From contig JAZKDJ010000001.1 of NCBI GenBank assembly GCA_040387635.1, positions 115,851 through 179,850 of the forward strand: a stretch of 64,000 nt of DNA, written 5' to 3'. Both the position numbers and the translations under genes were made by a program. This document shows, piece by piece, positions 1 through 10,428 of this stretch. The notes under the pieces are model-generated. The model saw nothing but the letters and a program-made list of their open reading frames with translations. It did no database searches and was not told the origin of the DNA. Source of the DNA: Patescibacteria group bacterium. GTDB taxonomy: Bacteria > Patescibacteriota > Minisyncoccia > Phycocordibacterales > PALSA-1337. Position 1 is the first letter of the stretch. Every line of letters starts with the position of its first letter.

Positions 1-42
1 TAAACAAGATGAACAGAGCTATGAAAATAATTTGAAATTTGG

Positions 43-567
43 TCATGAACGTTTAAATACTATCCCGTAGTGATGATCGCCAGCGTCGAAATCCTTCTCG
101 TATGTGAAGCCTACTTTCTCAAAAAGAGACCTCACCGTGCTTTTTGGTACAACAGTCTTTGGTCCAAGCACACTAACCTCGCTCCAATCTACAATAAGAA
201 TCTTGCCTCCTGGTTTTGTAATACGCTTCACCTCAAGACAAAAATTGTCGCGATCCTTGTCTTCAACCTGGAACAACACATTTGACACAATAACTCTATC
301 AGCAACACCTTCACGTAATTTGGTTCCTCCGATCTTCTCTGCGTTAGCCCAAATAGCCTCCACGTTGTGAAGGCCTTCGGCCATAGCATTGCTTTTAATC
401 TTGTCGACAAGTACTCGCTGAACTTCGATAGCATACACGAAGCCTGCATTTCCAACTTTGCGTGCAGCAGCGAACGTATAGAAACCCGCTCCGGCACCAA
501 GGTCCGCGACCTTCATACCCTCTCCTAATCCTAATTCTGATAAGTTCTGGTCGGGATTTGAAAACAT
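43..567 (-). CDS. class I SAM-dependent methyltransferase
   Basis: 174-aa ORF; SAM-binding motif I (VADLGAGAGFYT); TATACT box 7 nt upstream of ATG. Confidence 0.8.
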   Translation of the reverse strand: MFSNPDQNLSELGLGEGMKVADLGAGAGFYTFAAARKVGNAGFVYAIEVQRVLVDKIKSNAMAEGLHNVEAIWANAEKIGGTKLREGVADRVIVSNVLFQVEDKDRDNFCLEVKRITKPGGKILIVDWSEVSVLGPKTVVPKSTVRSLFEKVGFTYEKDFDAGDHHYGIVFKRS

Positions 568-585
568 ATACCTAAGTATACCCTG

Positions 586-3093
586 TTATATGCAGATGAG
601 TGAAGCCAAGGAATCCCCATCTCGTAGCTTCATGATGCGCACGCCCTGAGTCTGTCGTCCTAGTTTTGGAATTTCTTTGATATCAACTCTGATAACTTGG
701 CTCTTTTTTGACATAGCAACCACCTCTTCTTCTTCTGGAGTAACTACCCGAGCAGCAATAAGTTCGCCAGTCTTGTCAGTAACGTTTGCAGTTAGGATAC
801 CGCTTCCTCCTCGGTTCTGAATTTTGTATTCCTCAAGTGCTGTTTTCTTTCCGTAACCATTCTTCGACATAACAAACAGACACGTATCCGTTGCATCCTT
901 CTTGATGATGTCTGCGCTGATAACCTTGTCTTTTGCTTTCTCATCCAATCGAACAACACGAACACCAGCTGCTGAACGTCCCATTTCTCGAACATCTGAT
1001 TCCTTGAATCTAATAGACTGTCCTTCTTTGGTTACGATAAGTACATCTTCTCCCTTTCCTACGAAAGCAGCAGAAATGAGTTCATCGCCGGCATTGAGGC
1101 TTATAGAAATAAGGCCTGATCGTCGTACGTCATGGAAGCTCTTTGCGGCCACCTTTTTACCTACACCTTCTCGAGTGATCATCATGAGTGAAAGATCAGC
1201 TTCTTCCTTCTTTGTTTTTGGCATCGCAAGAATAGAGCTTACCTTCTCCCCTTCTGAAAGTGAGAGGAAGTTCATGATTGACTTACCTCGTGTAGCTCGC
1301 TTTCCTTCTGGAATCTCAAACATTTTTATCTTGTAAGCCTTACCTCTGTCTGTGAAAAATAGAAGTTCGCTATGAGTGCTTGTATAGAGAAGGTGCGTAA
1401 TGAAATCTTCCTCTTTGGTATCGAGATCAACAACACCAACGCCACCGCGCTTCTGCTTGCGGTATTCAGAAGGCTCTGTTCTCTTGATATAGCCTCCAGC
1501 TGTTAGAACAAGCACGCTCTCCTGGTCAGGAATGAGGTCCTCATCAGAAAGTTCCTTGATGCCCTGTCGGACAATTCTGGTTCGGCGCTCGTTGCCATAT
1601 CGTGCCTTGATCTCCTTGAGCTCATCTTTGATGATGCCGAGGATCTTCTTGCTGCTGCCGAGGATTTCTTTGAGAGCTTCGATAAGAGCCTGTACTTCCT
1701 TCAACTCATCAAGAACCTTCTTTCGCTCGAGACCTGCAAGTTTCTGCAATCGCATTTCGAGAATAGCTGTAGTCTGCTTGTCTGAGAATTTGAACTTCTT
1801 CATCAAGTTCGCATGAGCTTCAGTAGCGTCCTTAGAGCTTCGAATGAGCGTGATGATTTCGTCGATATGATCAAGAGCCTTCTTGAGACCTAAGAGAATG
1901 TGCTCCCTGTCTTCTGCCTTATTGAGGTCGAACTGCGTCCTTCGGCGAACAATAGTAACTCGGTGTGTGATGAATTCCTCAAGAATAGACTTGAGTGCGA
2001 GTGTCTGAGGAACACCGTTTACAAGTGCCACAGTGTTCACATGGAACGTATCTTCGAGCTGTGTATGTTTATACAAATAGTTAAGAACCTTCTCTGGATG
2101 AGCACCCTGTTTGAGCTCGATCACAACACGGATATCCTTGTCAGATTCATCTCGAAGTCCCCTGATACCTTCGATAGCTTTGTCGCGCACAAGGTCAGCA
2201 ATCTTGATGATGAGTTCCGCCTTGTTAACTCGATATGGGATAGAAGAAATAATGATCTGGTACTGACCTTTCTTGTCTTCGATTATTTCCGCTTCACCTC
2301 GCACAGTAATACCTCCTCGTCCTGTGGAATATGCATGATGGATATCTTTCTCGCCGTACATAATGGCGCCTGTTGGAAAGTCTGGACCCTTGATGAATTG
2401 CAAAAGGTCTTCAGTAGCTGCTGAAGGGTTTTCAATGAGGTGAACTGTCGCGTCTACAACCTCGCCGAGGTTATGAGGTGCAATGTTAGTTGCCATACCG
2501 ACGGCAATACCAAGCGTACCGTTGAGAAGTAGGTTCGGAACAGCAGTTGGCATAACAGTTGGTTCCTTGCGGGTACCGTCATAGTTTGGTCGAAAATCAA
2601 CAGTGTCCTTCTCAATATCTCGAAGGAGTTCAGCAGCGATTCTGGACATCTTTGCTTCGGTATATCGCATAGCAGCCTGAGGGTCGCCGTCGATGTTTCC
2701 GTAGTTTCCCTGTCCCCACACGAGCGGGTATCTCATTGAGAAATCCTGAGCCATCTTCACCATAGAGTCGTATACGGCCACGTCACCGTGCGGGTGATAG
2801 TTACCGAGCACGTCTCCTACCACCACGGCTGACTTACGGAATTTAGCGCTGGCTGTCAGTCCCTTCTCATGCATAGCAAACAAAATTCTGCGGTGCACAG
2901 GCTTCAATCCATCTCTTACGTCTGGGAGCGCACGCGATGTAATAACCGACATGGCGTAATCGAGATACGATTCGCGCATTTCTGTCGTAATGCTTCTTGC
3001 GACAATTCCCTGATGAGCCACGGCAACTCCAGTCCCCGCATTCGGCTCTTCTTTTTTGTCTCCCTTTTTATCTTTATTCTGATCTTTTGCCAT
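586..3093 (-). CDS. gyrA: DNA gyrase subunit A
   Basis: 835-aa ORF; GyrA signature [26 protein letters not shown] active-site Tyr region, repeated C-terminal blades. Confidence 0.97.
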   Translation of the reverse strand: MAKDQNKDKKGDKKEEPNAGTGVAVAHQGIVARSITTEMRESYLDYAMSVITSRALPDVRDGLKPVHRRILFAMHEKGLTASAKFRKSAVVVGDVLGNYHPHGDVAVYDSMVKMAQDFSMRYPLVWGQGNYGNIDGDPQAAMRYTEAKMSRIAAELLRDIEKDTVDFRPNYDGTRKEPTVMPTAVPNLLLNGTLGIAVGMATNIAPHNLGEVVDATVHLIENPSAATEDLLQFIKGPDFPTGAIMYGEKDIHHAYSTGRGGITVRGEAEIIEDKKGQYQIIISSIPYRVNKAELIIKIADLVRDKAIEGIRGLRDESDKDIRVVIELKQGAHPEKVLNYLYKHTQLEDTFHVNTVALVNGVPQTLALKSILEEFITHRVTIVRRRTQFDLNKAEDREHILLGLKKALDHIDEIITLIRSSKDATEAHANLMKKFKFSDKQTTAILEMRLQKLAGLERKKVLDELKEVQALIEALKEILGSSKKILGIIKDELKEIKARYGNERRTRIVRQGIKELSDEDLIPDQESVLVLTAGGYIKRTEPSEYRKQKRGGVGVVDLDTKEEDFITHLLYTSTHSELLFFTDRGKAYKIKMFEIPEGKRATRGKSIMNFLSLSEGEKVSSILAMPKTKKEEADLSLMMITREGVGKKVAAKSFHDVRRSGLISISLNAGDELISAAFVGKGEDVLIVTKEGQSIRFKESDVREMGRSAAGVRVVRLDEKAKDKVISADIIKKDATDTCLFVMSKNGYGKKTALEEYKIQNRGGSGILTANVTDKTGELIAARVVTPEEEEVVAMSKKSQVIRVDIKEIPKLGRQTQGVRIMKLRDGDSLASLICI

Positions 3094-3125
3094 AAATTCT
3101 TATTGGAATTATCTGTTGGTCATTG

Positions 3126-3422
3126 TTATCTTCGCGGACTCGTAACGATTATATTGTTCTCTGGCGCTTCATAGGATCGCTCTCCTCTACCATCAAAAAG
3201 ATCCTTAATGCTTCCAAAACCGTCAGAAACCGCAGCGCCGATCACATTAAAAGGACTAGATTCCTTATGCTCCGCGTATGTTCCTCCTGAGGAAGTGCTG
3301 ACTCCGAATGTTCCCATCCAGAAAACGAAGATTATTGCTGTGATGCAAAACGAAACGCCTAGGGCATAAAATTGTCGCACATGCGCAGGCTTTGACCTTA
3401 CGTTTTCGAGATATTTTCTCAT
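3126..3422 (-). CDS. hypothetical small membrane protein
   Basis: 98-aa ORF with one hydrophobic helix (FYALGVSFCITAIIFVFWMGTF); co-oriented between gyrA and the MBL-fold gene. Confidence 0.45.
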   Translation of the reverse strand: MRKYLENVRSKPAHVRQFYALGVSFCITAIIFVFWMGTFGVSTSSGGTYAEHKESSPFNVIGAAVSDGFGSIKDLFDGRGERSYEAPENNIIVTSPRR

Positions 3423-3426
3423 AACA

Positions 3427-4065
3427 TTATTCGTTGCTTGACTCTAAGACTACCACATCAGCCTCCTTTCCTTCCAGGTCCTTCTTCTTGAGTGTGAGCT
3501 TGTCCATAGGTGTCGGGTTCTCACCAACCTCCTTAAGGAAATGCTTGAGGGAGTCCTTGTCGCCAATATCACCATAGTGAATTGGGATGATAATCTTTGG
3601 TTCCAATGAGACAGCAAGCTTGTATGCCTTCTCAGGTGTGAGTACTCCATCACCTCCGATTGGTACGAATAGAATATCAATCTCATCAAGTGCCTCAACA
3701 GTCTCCTCCTTGAGCTCCATATCTCCAATGGCACCCAAGTAACAGATGTTCATTGACTCGAGATTCACTGTATAAATAGTATTGATAAGAGTCTTGCCTC
3801 CATATGATGTCGTCGAAGGAAGTCCTTTTATGAAAACGCTTTTGACTTCATATTCTCCAGGTCCATCGATAACGAAAGGCTTCCGTTCTCCGTGAGTTAC
3901 CTGCTCTACTCCATTAAAATCTTCGTGATTCGCTGTTATGAAAACAATGTCCGCACCAAACCTTGTTTGCTTGATACTCGATGCTTTTGATACTGGGTTA
4001 AACGCCAAAACGATGTCTCCAAACTGTATTTTGGTAAACTCTCCGCCGTGCTGGGTGATGATCAT
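3427..4065 (-). CDS. MBL-fold (UPF0173-like) hydrolase homolog, metal motif degenerate
   Basis: 212-aa ORF with beta-lactamase-fold layout; expected HxHxDH position reads ITANHEDF; TATACT 9 nt upstream of ATG. Confidence 0.65.
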   Translation of the reverse strand: MIITQHGGEFTKIQFGDIVLAFNPVSKASSIKQTRFGADIVFITANHEDFNGVEQVTHGERKPFVIDGPGEYEVKSVFIKGLPSTTSYGGKTLINTIYTVNLESMNICYLGAIGDMELKEETVEALDEIDILFVPIGGDGVLTPEKAYKLAVSLEPKIIIPIHYGDIGDKDSLKHFLKEVGENPTPMDKLTLKKKDLEGKEADVVVLESSNE

Positions 4066-4161
4066 AGTAAATTCAGTATAACAAAATAAAGGCTAATAGT
4101 CACTAGATATTTACCACAATTTTACAATTGACACGGCTAAAATATGCTAGGATACAAGCAT

Positions 4162-4746
4162 ATGGAAACAAGCGAACTGTCGATTGAATCGGCAAACGAA
4201 ACCCTCAAAGAGACTGTCGAAAACGAGCTCAAAACTTGGGAGACTGACGATTTACACCATCTAAGAAGCAGCATTAATTTCATAAATAAAGCCCACACAT
4301 ATTCCACACTCGTGGATTGCATTGATGCGGGACAGTCTTTCTATGATGCTGATCGCCTGGATATGCAGCGCACGCTAAGTATGGCAAAAGCAAAATCAGA
4401 ATTCTTTGACATCCCCCTAGACGAATTCATGGAGACCCTTGACCAAGAATTGAAGGATAGGAGGCTTAAAAGCTATTTAAAGGACACACATACTGATGCT
4501 TTAGAGAAAATTGAAAGAATATTTAAAGAGGCTCACAGATATATTCAATCACCCACACTTAAGACTGCGACAGAGGCTGCACATCCAGGACTAGGAACCA
4601 TGCTCGCTGAAAAAATGTACTATATTGCCACGCATAATGGCGCAGAACTGGCTGACGTTCCCCTTCCCAGATTTTTAAAGATCATAAGGAAAGTAATCGA
4701 CGAACAGAATGAAGCGCGCACCGTTGATAACGGCGAAGGAATCTAA
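4162..4746 (+). CDS. hypothetical protein
   Basis: ORF track starts at 4144, but that ATG lies inside the TGCTAGGAT -10 box; ATG at 4162 is 8 nt after it; no family recognised. Confidence 0.5.
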   Translation: METSELSIESANETLKETVENELKTWETDDLHHLRSSINFINKAHTYSTLVDCIDAGQSFYDADRLDMQRTLSMAKAKSEFFDIPLDEFMETLDQELKDRRLKSYLKDTHTDALEKIERIFKEAHRYIQSPTLKTATEAAHPGLGTMLAEKMYYIATHNGAELADVPLPRFLKIIRKVIDEQNEARTVDNGEGI

Positions 4747-4748
4747 CC

Positions 4749-5435
4749 ATGGCGCAAAAGAACGTTTGGGACAATGAATATAAAAAGAATCTCCTCGTCA
4801 CGCTAGGAAACGAACCCCAGGCATCTGTTAAGGAGTTTTTGCGTTTCCTTAGAAAAAATCATCCGCTTCCAGAAAACGCATATATCATAGATTTGGGAAG
4901 CGGTACGGGAAGGAATGCCATCCACTTGGCCGAGCTCGGATATAAAGCTGTTGGAATTGAAATTTCGCCTGCCGCTGTGGCCATGGCAAAAGAAAGGTCA
5001 AAGAATCTCCCTCCAAGCCAAGTCACGTTCACTGAAGAATCAATCGGAGGTACTTTGAATTTTCCTGACAATGCATTCGATCTAGCCCTTGATGTAACTT
5101 CATCCAACTCACTCAACGAAGCTGAGAGAGCTGTTTTCCTCAAAGAAACTCACAGAATACTTAAGCCTGGAGCCTTTTTCTTCGTTCGAGCCCTCTGTAA
5201 AGACGGTGACAAAAACGCACAAACCCTCATGAAAGACTTCCCTGGTCCTGAAAAAGACACCTACGTCATGCCCGAGACTAATATAATAGAGCGTGCATTC
5301 TCCAAAAAAGACTTCGAAGAGCTGTATTCCCCGTTTTTTGAGATTCTATATATAGACAAGGAGACACACTACACAAAGATGAATAATCGGTCGTATAAGC
5401 GCAATTTCTGGATTGCATACCTCAAGAAACGATAA
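4749..5435 (+). CDS. class I SAM-dependent methyltransferase
   Basis: 228-aa ORF; motif I IIDLGSGTGRNAIHLAELGY; TAATG stop/start overlap with next gene. Confidence 0.8.
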   Translation: MAQKNVWDNEYKKNLLVTLGNEPQASVKEFLRFLRKNHPLPENAYIIDLGSGTGRNAIHLAELGYKAVGIEISPAAVAMAKERSKNLPPSQVTFTEESIGGTLNFPDNAFDLALDVTSSNSLNEAERAVFLKETHRILKPGAFFFVRALCKDGDKNAQTLMKDFPGPEKDTYVMPETNIIERAFSKKDFEELYSPFFEILYIDKETHYTKMNNRSYKRNFWIAYLKKR

Positions 5436-6217
5436 TGTTGGCTTTCTCAAAAGAATTTCTTATCTTTGGCATCAAACAGGCACGGGCATCAATTTTTGCC
5501 GGGTCATTCTTCGTTTTACTTTTTCTTTCGAATCACATTCCCCTTTTTGGTCTTCCTCGCTATGACTTTCTTTTTATTGCAGCGGTCTTAATACAAGTCC
5601 TTCTCTATATATTCAAATTCGAAACCAAAGACGAGGTGAAAGTGATATTCCTATTTCATATAATCGGCTTCATGCTTGAAGTTTTTAAAACTCATCCAGC
5701 AATTGGATCATGGAGCTATCCAGAAGAAGGTTTCTTTAAAATCATGGGTGTACCTCTCTATAGCGGATTCATGTATGCAGCAGTTGGAAGTTACATTAGC
5801 CAAGCTTACAAGATCTTCAAGATGAGATTCTCAAACTACACTCGATATGGATGGAGTGTCGTTCTGTGTGTTTTGATTTATGCTAACTTTTTCACACATC
5901 ATTATTTCTATGACATCCGATGGTTTCTGATCTTGGCTATATTCATATTTTTCTTCCGTTCCAAGGCTCATTTTACGGTCTTAACCAAAGAACGATGGAT
6001 GCCTCTCAACCTTTCTTTCGTACTTATCGCATTTTTCATATGGGTAGCCGAAAACATATCCACGTACTTCGGTGCATGGAAGTATCCCGACCAAATTCAT
6101 GAGTGGCATGTCGTATCAGCCAACAAGGTGACATCCTGGTTCCTTATGGTCATTATAAGCTTCATTATTGTGGCTTATCTTAAGCATTTTAAGAAAGACC
6201 TGCTCCATAAGGGCTAA
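5435..6217 (+). CDS. polytopic membrane protein, DUF817-like
   Basis: 260-aa ORF with many TM helices; family assignment from memory of DUF817 length and N-terminal pattern. Confidence 0.55.
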   Translation: MLAFSKEFLIFGIKQARASIFAGSFFVLLFLSNHIPLFGLPRYDFLFIAAVLIQVLLYIFKFETKDEVKVIFLFHIIGFMLEVFKTHPAIGSWSYPEEGFFKIMGVPLYSGFMYAAVGSYISQAYKIFKMRFSNYTRYGWSVVLCVLIYANFFTHHYFYDIRWFLILAIFIFFFRSKAHFTVLTKERWMPLNLSFVLIAFFIWVAENISTYFGAWKYPDQIHEWHVVSANKVTSWFLMVIISFIIVAYLKHFKKDLLHKG

Positions 6218-6363
6218 TTTTCAAGCCTTCTCGACAAATTCATCTCCATCTGATAATCTCAACTACCTAGGTGGCAACACCTTTTATTCATTTGACAGGA
6301 CGTGTTAACCCCGCAACTTTAATTTTATCAATCTAAAAAGCGGGCCACGAACCTACTACCCAT

Positions 6364-7572
6364 ATGTTAAAGAAACTAAAAGAAAAGATTCTTCACCTTA
6401 CAGAGGACAAAGATAAGGCGGAAGAAAAGGAAGTTAAGGAACCTAAGCCATCAAAGGCGAAGGCTTCAGAGGACAAGGAAGACAAGGCTGCAGTAGCCAA
6501 GAAGGATAGCTTCATGGCACGACAGCTCGCTGATATTCCAAACCCTCCAATCGTAGGAGACGTTGTTGAAGGACCGGTAATCGGAATCGACAAGTCAGCA
6601 GTTTACATAGACCTCGCCCCATTTGGCACAGGTATCATTTACGGCCGAGAATACATCGCGGCACGAGATATCATCAAGAAGATCAACATTGGCGACAATA
6701 TTGCCGCTAAGGTTGTTGATAATGCTCACAAAGAAGGTTACCTCGAGCTCTCTCTCAAGGAAGCACGACAGGCACTTATCTGGAGCGAAGCAGAAGAAGC
6801 TATCAAGAACAAGACAATCCTCGAACTTCCAGTTATGGAAGCAAACAAAGGAGGTCTTATCATCCAGTGGCAAGGTATCTCAGGATTCCTTCCTGCTTCA
6901 CAGCTCAAGGCTGAGCACTATCCTCGAGTAGCTGACGGAGACAAGGACAAGATCCTTGAAGAACTCAAGAAGCTCGTTGGAAAGAAAATTTCAGTTGCTA
7001 TCATTTCTGCTATTCCAAAGGAAGGCAAGCTCATCTTCTCAGAGAAGAGCCCAGAGACTAAGGACAAAGAGAAGATCATCGGAAAATACAAAGTTGAGGA
7101 TGAGGTTACAGGAACAGTCACAGGTATCGTCGACTTCGGCGTATTCGTCAAGGTTGAGGAAGGACTTGAAGGATTGGTTCACATCTCAGAGATCGACTGG
7201 TCACTCGTTGAGGACCCTCGAGCCCTCTTTAAGGTAGGACAGAAGGTCAAGGTGAAGATCATCGAGATCAAGGACGGCAAGATTTCCCTTTCTATCAAGG
7301 CTCTCAAGGAAAACCCTTGGGTTGAAGCCTCAAAGAAGTACAAGAAGGACCAGATTGTTGAAGGTGTTATCATCAAATTCAACAAGCATGGTGCTCTCGC
7401 TTCAGTAGAAGAAGGAATTGCTGGACTCGTCCATATTTCAGAGTTTGGTTCAGAGGAAAAGCTCCGAAAGACTCTCGAACTTGGAAAGTCATACAGCTTC
7501 AAGATTACATTGTTCGATGCAAAGGACCAGAAAATGGCTCTTTCATTCATCAACAAGGAGAAGAAGGCTTAA
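6364..7572 (+). CDS. rpsA: 30S ribosomal protein S1 (short, about 4 S1 domains)
   Basis: 402-aa ORF; repeated S1 OB-fold motifs (GxVxG..DFGVFVKV..GLVHISE); Lys/Glu-rich N-terminus. Confidence 0.9.
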   Translation: MLKKLKEKILHLTEDKDKAEEKEVKEPKPSKAKASEDKEDKAAVAKKDSFMARQLADIPNPPIVGDVVEGPVIGIDKSAVYIDLAPFGTGIIYGREYIAARDIIKKINIGDNIAAKVVDNAHKEGYLELSLKEARQALIWSEAEEAIKNKTILELPVMEANKGGLIIQWQGISGFLPASQLKAEHYPRVADGDKDKILEELKKLVGKKISVAIISAIPKEGKLIFSEKSPETKDKEKIIGKYKVEDEVTGTVTGIVDFGVFVKVEEGLEGLVHISEIDWSLVEDPRALFKVGQKVKVKIIEIKDGKISLSIKALKENPWVEASKKYKKDQIVEGVIIKFNKHGALASVEEGIAGLVHISEFGSEEKLRKTLELGKSYSFKITLFDAKDQKMALSFINKEKKA

Positions 7573-7590
7573 TACTCTCTTATCTAAGAA

Positions 7591-7626
7591 AACAAAAACA
7601 TCCCTTTTGGGGATGTTTTTGTTTTA
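7591..7626. terminator. bidirectional rho-independent terminator (rpsA / pth)
   Basis: CATCCC/GGGATG stem flanked by an A-run and a T-run between convergent genes. Confidence 0.8.
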
Positions 7627-7647
7627 CTTATTATTACAGAAAAGAAA

Positions 7648-8244
7648 TTAATTCGAAGAGTTAATCGCACCCATTGCCCGCTCTCTTCCCTCTTTGATTG
7701 TAAGAACAACAGCTTCAATAGCTTTCTTGGAAATTTTCTTAAGCACTGCAAGTTCTTCCTTTTTGAATTCTCCAAGGATAAATTTCTCAACTTTGTCACC
7801 ACTGATTACTTTAGTTTTACCTGCAGCTGATGAAGGAGCAACACCGATTCGGATACGTACGAAACCTTCAGTCTTAATCGCTTTGATTATTGATTCGAGT
7901 CCATTGTGACCTCCAGAGCTTCTGTTAAATGAGACCTTGATTGTGCCGAGAGGAAGATGGAAATCATCATAGACGACAATAAGTTTCTCAGCTTTCTTGG
8001 GATTTGTAATGAGAGTCTTGAGGGCGTTACCGGACTTGTTCATGAATGTCTCGGGCATCATCAGGAGAATATCTTCCTTGCCAAGTTTTGCATCCGCAGT
8101 GAGCGAACTTAATTTTTTATTCATCTCAAAATCGGATGATGTAAGCTCGGAAGCTATAGCTTTGAGCACTATCCTACCGGCATTGTGACGAGTTGTTTCG
8201 TATTCTTCCCCTGGATTTCCCAGCCCTGCGATTATATATGCCAT
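7648..8244 (-). CDS. pth: peptidyl-tRNA hydrolase
   Basis: MAYIIAGLGNPGEEYETTRHNAG N-terminus; start moved from 8364 to ATG 8244, which lies 6 nt after a TATAGT box. Confidence 0.93.
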   Translation of the reverse strand: MAYIIAGLGNPGEEYETTRHNAGRIVLKAIASELTSSDFEMNKKLSSLTADAKLGKEDILLMMPETFMNKSGNALKTLITNPKKAEKLIVVYDDFHLPLGTIKVSFNRSSGGHNGLESIIKAIKTEGFVRIRIGVAPSSAAGKTKVISGDKVEKFILGEFKKEELAVLKKISKKAIEAVVLTIKEGRERAMGAINSSN

Positions 8245-8307
8245 GGCAATACTATACATAATATTAAAAGCTTGTGTCAAACGAGCAATAGAGATACAAT
8301 TACACAC

Positions 8308-8910
8308 ATGAATCCTCAAGAGAACCTCCAAAATACCACGAAAGATCAAGCTTCTACTCATCATTCATCACTCAAGGAAATCGTGCGTTTCATAGTTGTG
8401 GCAGCAATCGTCGTTGCCGGAGTCAGGGCATTCATTGCTCAGCCTTTCATCGTGAATGGCGCTTCCATGGATCCTACATTCGATTCTGGACAATATCTCA
8501 TTGTTGACCAACTTACCTATCACTTCGACAATCCTGAGCGAGGCGAAGTTGTTATTTTTAAATACCCAAAAGATCCTAAGACATTTTTTATCAAGCGCGT
8601 CATTGGTCTACCTGGAGATACCGTCAAAATTGAACGAGGTGAAGTAACTATTTTTAACGAAACTAATCCAGATGGAATCAGGCTCGACGAGCCGTACGTT
8701 GCTCAGTATCACATGAGCGACGACAGCTTCAAGGTAACCCTCAGCCCTACCGAATACTTCGTTATGGGCGATAACAGAGCACAAAGCTCTGACTCGAGAT
8801 CATGGGGACCACTCGAGAGAGATTACATTGTCGGCAGACCAATACTTCGTCTGTTCCCCCCAAATGAGGCGACCGTGTTTCCAGGAGAGTTCAAACAAAA
8901 CAATAAATAA
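8308..8910 (+). CDS. lepB: signal peptidase I
   Basis: TM anchor plus SPase I boxes (NGASMDPT, IKRVIGLPGD, GDNRAQSSDSR); start moved to ATG 8308, 7 nt after TACAAT. Confidence 0.9.
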   Translation: MNPQENLQNTTKDQASTHHSSLKEIVRFIVVAAIVVAGVRAFIAQPFIVNGASMDPTFDSGQYLIVDQLTYHFDNPERGEVVIFKYPKDPKTFFIKRVIGLPGDTVKIERGEVTIFNETNPDGIRLDEPYVAQYHMSDDSFKVTLSPTEYFVMGDNRAQSSDSRSWGPLERDYIVGRPILRLFPPNEATVFPGEFKQNNK

Positions 8911-8922
8911 GAAGAAAGAAAT

Positions 8923-10152
8923 ATGACAAAGAAATCTTCCCGTAAAGCAGCTCCAGATTCAAAATTTGTAAGCTATAAACATTTAGACAAGATCGGTGAG
9001 ATTGCCATTTACTACGGGTTTATTCCTGATGAAAGTCCTGAAATCAAGAAAGCTGATTTCGAAAACGCTAAAGGACTCATCGAAGGCGACTTTATCGACG
9101 ATCATAAGGAATCAAGTGAGCGTGTACCGCTGCATGTCGAAGAAAAAATTGCCCTTCTTCGAATGTTCCAGGAGAAAGAAATGAATACTCAGCCCCTCCC
9201 TATCCTTCTCTATTTCAAAGAACCATTTCGAGGACAAAAGAAGAGCGCAGCATATCATCGATATTGCGATCTTGAGATACTTGGCACAACAAAGAGTGTT
9301 GCTGAAGCAACCCTCATTCAGACTGCTCGAGCAATGCTTACGGAAGAAGGCTTTAACGATACATGCATTGAGATCAACAGCATTGGAGACAAGGAATCAA
9401 TGGCGAGATATACACGAGAGCTCACCAACTATTACCGAAAGCACCTTGGTGACATGCACCCTGAATGCAGACAGCTCTTCAAGAAAGATCCATTCGAGCT
9501 ACTAAGCTCAAGGAACCCGCATGCTCAGGAATTGAATGAGCATGCTCCAAAGTCACTCAGCTACCTCTCTGAACAAAGCAGAGCGCATTTCAAGGAAATT
9601 CTTGAATACATGGAAGCACTTGGCATTCCTTATCAGATCAACAACTACATTCTTGGCAACAGAAAATACTGCTGCGAGACTATCTTCGAAATTGTCGACA
9701 CCAGCGCTGACAAGAAGAACAAGAGCGCTACCCTAGCAGTAGGAGTTCGCTATGACGGTCTTTCAAAGCGCCTTGGAACCAAGAGAGAGATCCCTGGAGT
9801 TGGACTATCACTCCTCATCAAGGGCAACCATGCAGACCTCCGCAAAGAGATCACCAAGACCAAGAAGCCTATCATCTCCTTCATTCAGCTCGGATTCGAG
9901 GCTAAGCTTCTCTCACTCAAGGTAATCGAAGCCCTACGACAAGCAAAGATCCCTGTACACCAAGCACTCTCCAAAGACAAACTTGGAGCTCAGGTTACCA
10001 ATGCGGAGAAATTCAACACTCCGTACACCATAATCATGGGTAAAAAAGAAGCTATGGAACAGAGCGTCATTCTCAGAGAGACTCTGACCCGGTCGCAGCA
10101 GACAGTCTACATCAAGGATCTCCCTACTCATATGAAGAAGCTTGACCTATAG
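8923..10152 (+). CDS. histidyl-tRNA synthetase-like protein (class II aaRS, HisS/HisZ family), possibly non-canonical
   Basis: 409-aa ORF collinear with HisRS, including RYDGL motif 3 and a C-terminal anticodon-binding-like domain; HisA/HisB-type motifs look degenerate. Confidence 0.7.
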   Translation: MTKKSSRKAAPDSKFVSYKHLDKIGEIAIYYGFIPDESPEIKKADFENAKGLIEGDFIDDHKESSERVPLHVEEKIALLRMFQEKEMNTQPLPILLYFKEPFRGQKKSAAYHRYCDLEILGTTKSVAEATLIQTARAMLTEEGFNDTCIEINSIGDKESMARYTRELTNYYRKHLGDMHPECRQLFKKDPFELLSSRNPHAQELNEHAPKSLSYLSEQSRAHFKEILEYMEALGIPYQINNYILGNRKYCCETIFEIVDTSADKKNKSATLAVGVRYDGLSKRLGTKREIPGVGLSLLIKGNHADLRKEITKTKKPIISFIQLGFEAKLLSLKVIEALRQAKIPVHQALSKDKLGAQVTNAEKFNTPYTIIMGKKEAMEQSVILRETLTRSQQTVYIKDLPTHMKKLDL

Positions 10153-10179
10153 GTTTCTTGTGATAGTATTGTTTTCACC

Positions 10180-10428
10180 ATGGCTACAAACGTAGAAGTA
10201 ACAAGAAATGCGAACGAGAGCACAATGAGCCTGCTCCGACGCTTTACAAAGAAAGTTCAGGGCTCAGGCGTACTCCCAAAGGTGAGAAGCCTCCGATACA
10301 GTCAGCGAGTTTTGTCTTCATACAAGACAAAGCAGAAGACTCTCAAGTCAATCCGACGAAAGGCTGAGATTCAGGAGCTCATCAAGATGGGCAAAATGGC
10401 GGAGAAATCTTCTCGATACAGCAAATAA
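10180..10428 (+). CDS. rpsU: 30S ribosomal protein S21
   Basis: 82-aa basic ORF; S21 pattern NES..SLLRRF.KKV..SGVL..VR. Confidence 0.85.
   Translation: MATNVEVTRNANESTMSLLRRFTKKVQGSGVLPKVRSLRYSQRVLSSYKTKQKTLKSIRRKAEIQELIKMGKMAEKSSRYSK

Noticed and set aside
1900-2424. 174-aa + strand ORF inside gyrA, plus similar long antisense ORFs at 11456-12013 and 12340-12924 (ftsA/ftsZ), 13735-14397 (HD gene), 15632-16165 (nucleotidyltransferase), 21812-22255 (gmk-like), 35214-35741 (TPR protein), 41545-41976 (DUF1761), 56785-57270 (SBP) and 58166-58609 (rnj)
   Set aside because: Each lies fully antisense to a gene with clear family motifs. Their translations are low-complexity or Cys/Trp/Arg-rich with no recognisable motifs. 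They are longest where the sense gene is G+C-rich and stop codons are rare. I treat them as shadow ORFs.
7648-8364. N-terminal extensions in the ORF track for pth (to 8364), lepB (from 8185), tsaD (from 22533, TTG), secG (from 56036), the grx-like gene (to 61604), the 4144 ORF, the gmk-like gene (to 22546, TTG) and the secreted protein (to 26031)
   Set aside because: The extensions overlap divergent neighbours or run through promoter boxes and add non-homologous residues. Internal ATGs match family N-termini and sit 6-8 nt after a -10 box, or 7 nt after GGAGG for the secreted protein.
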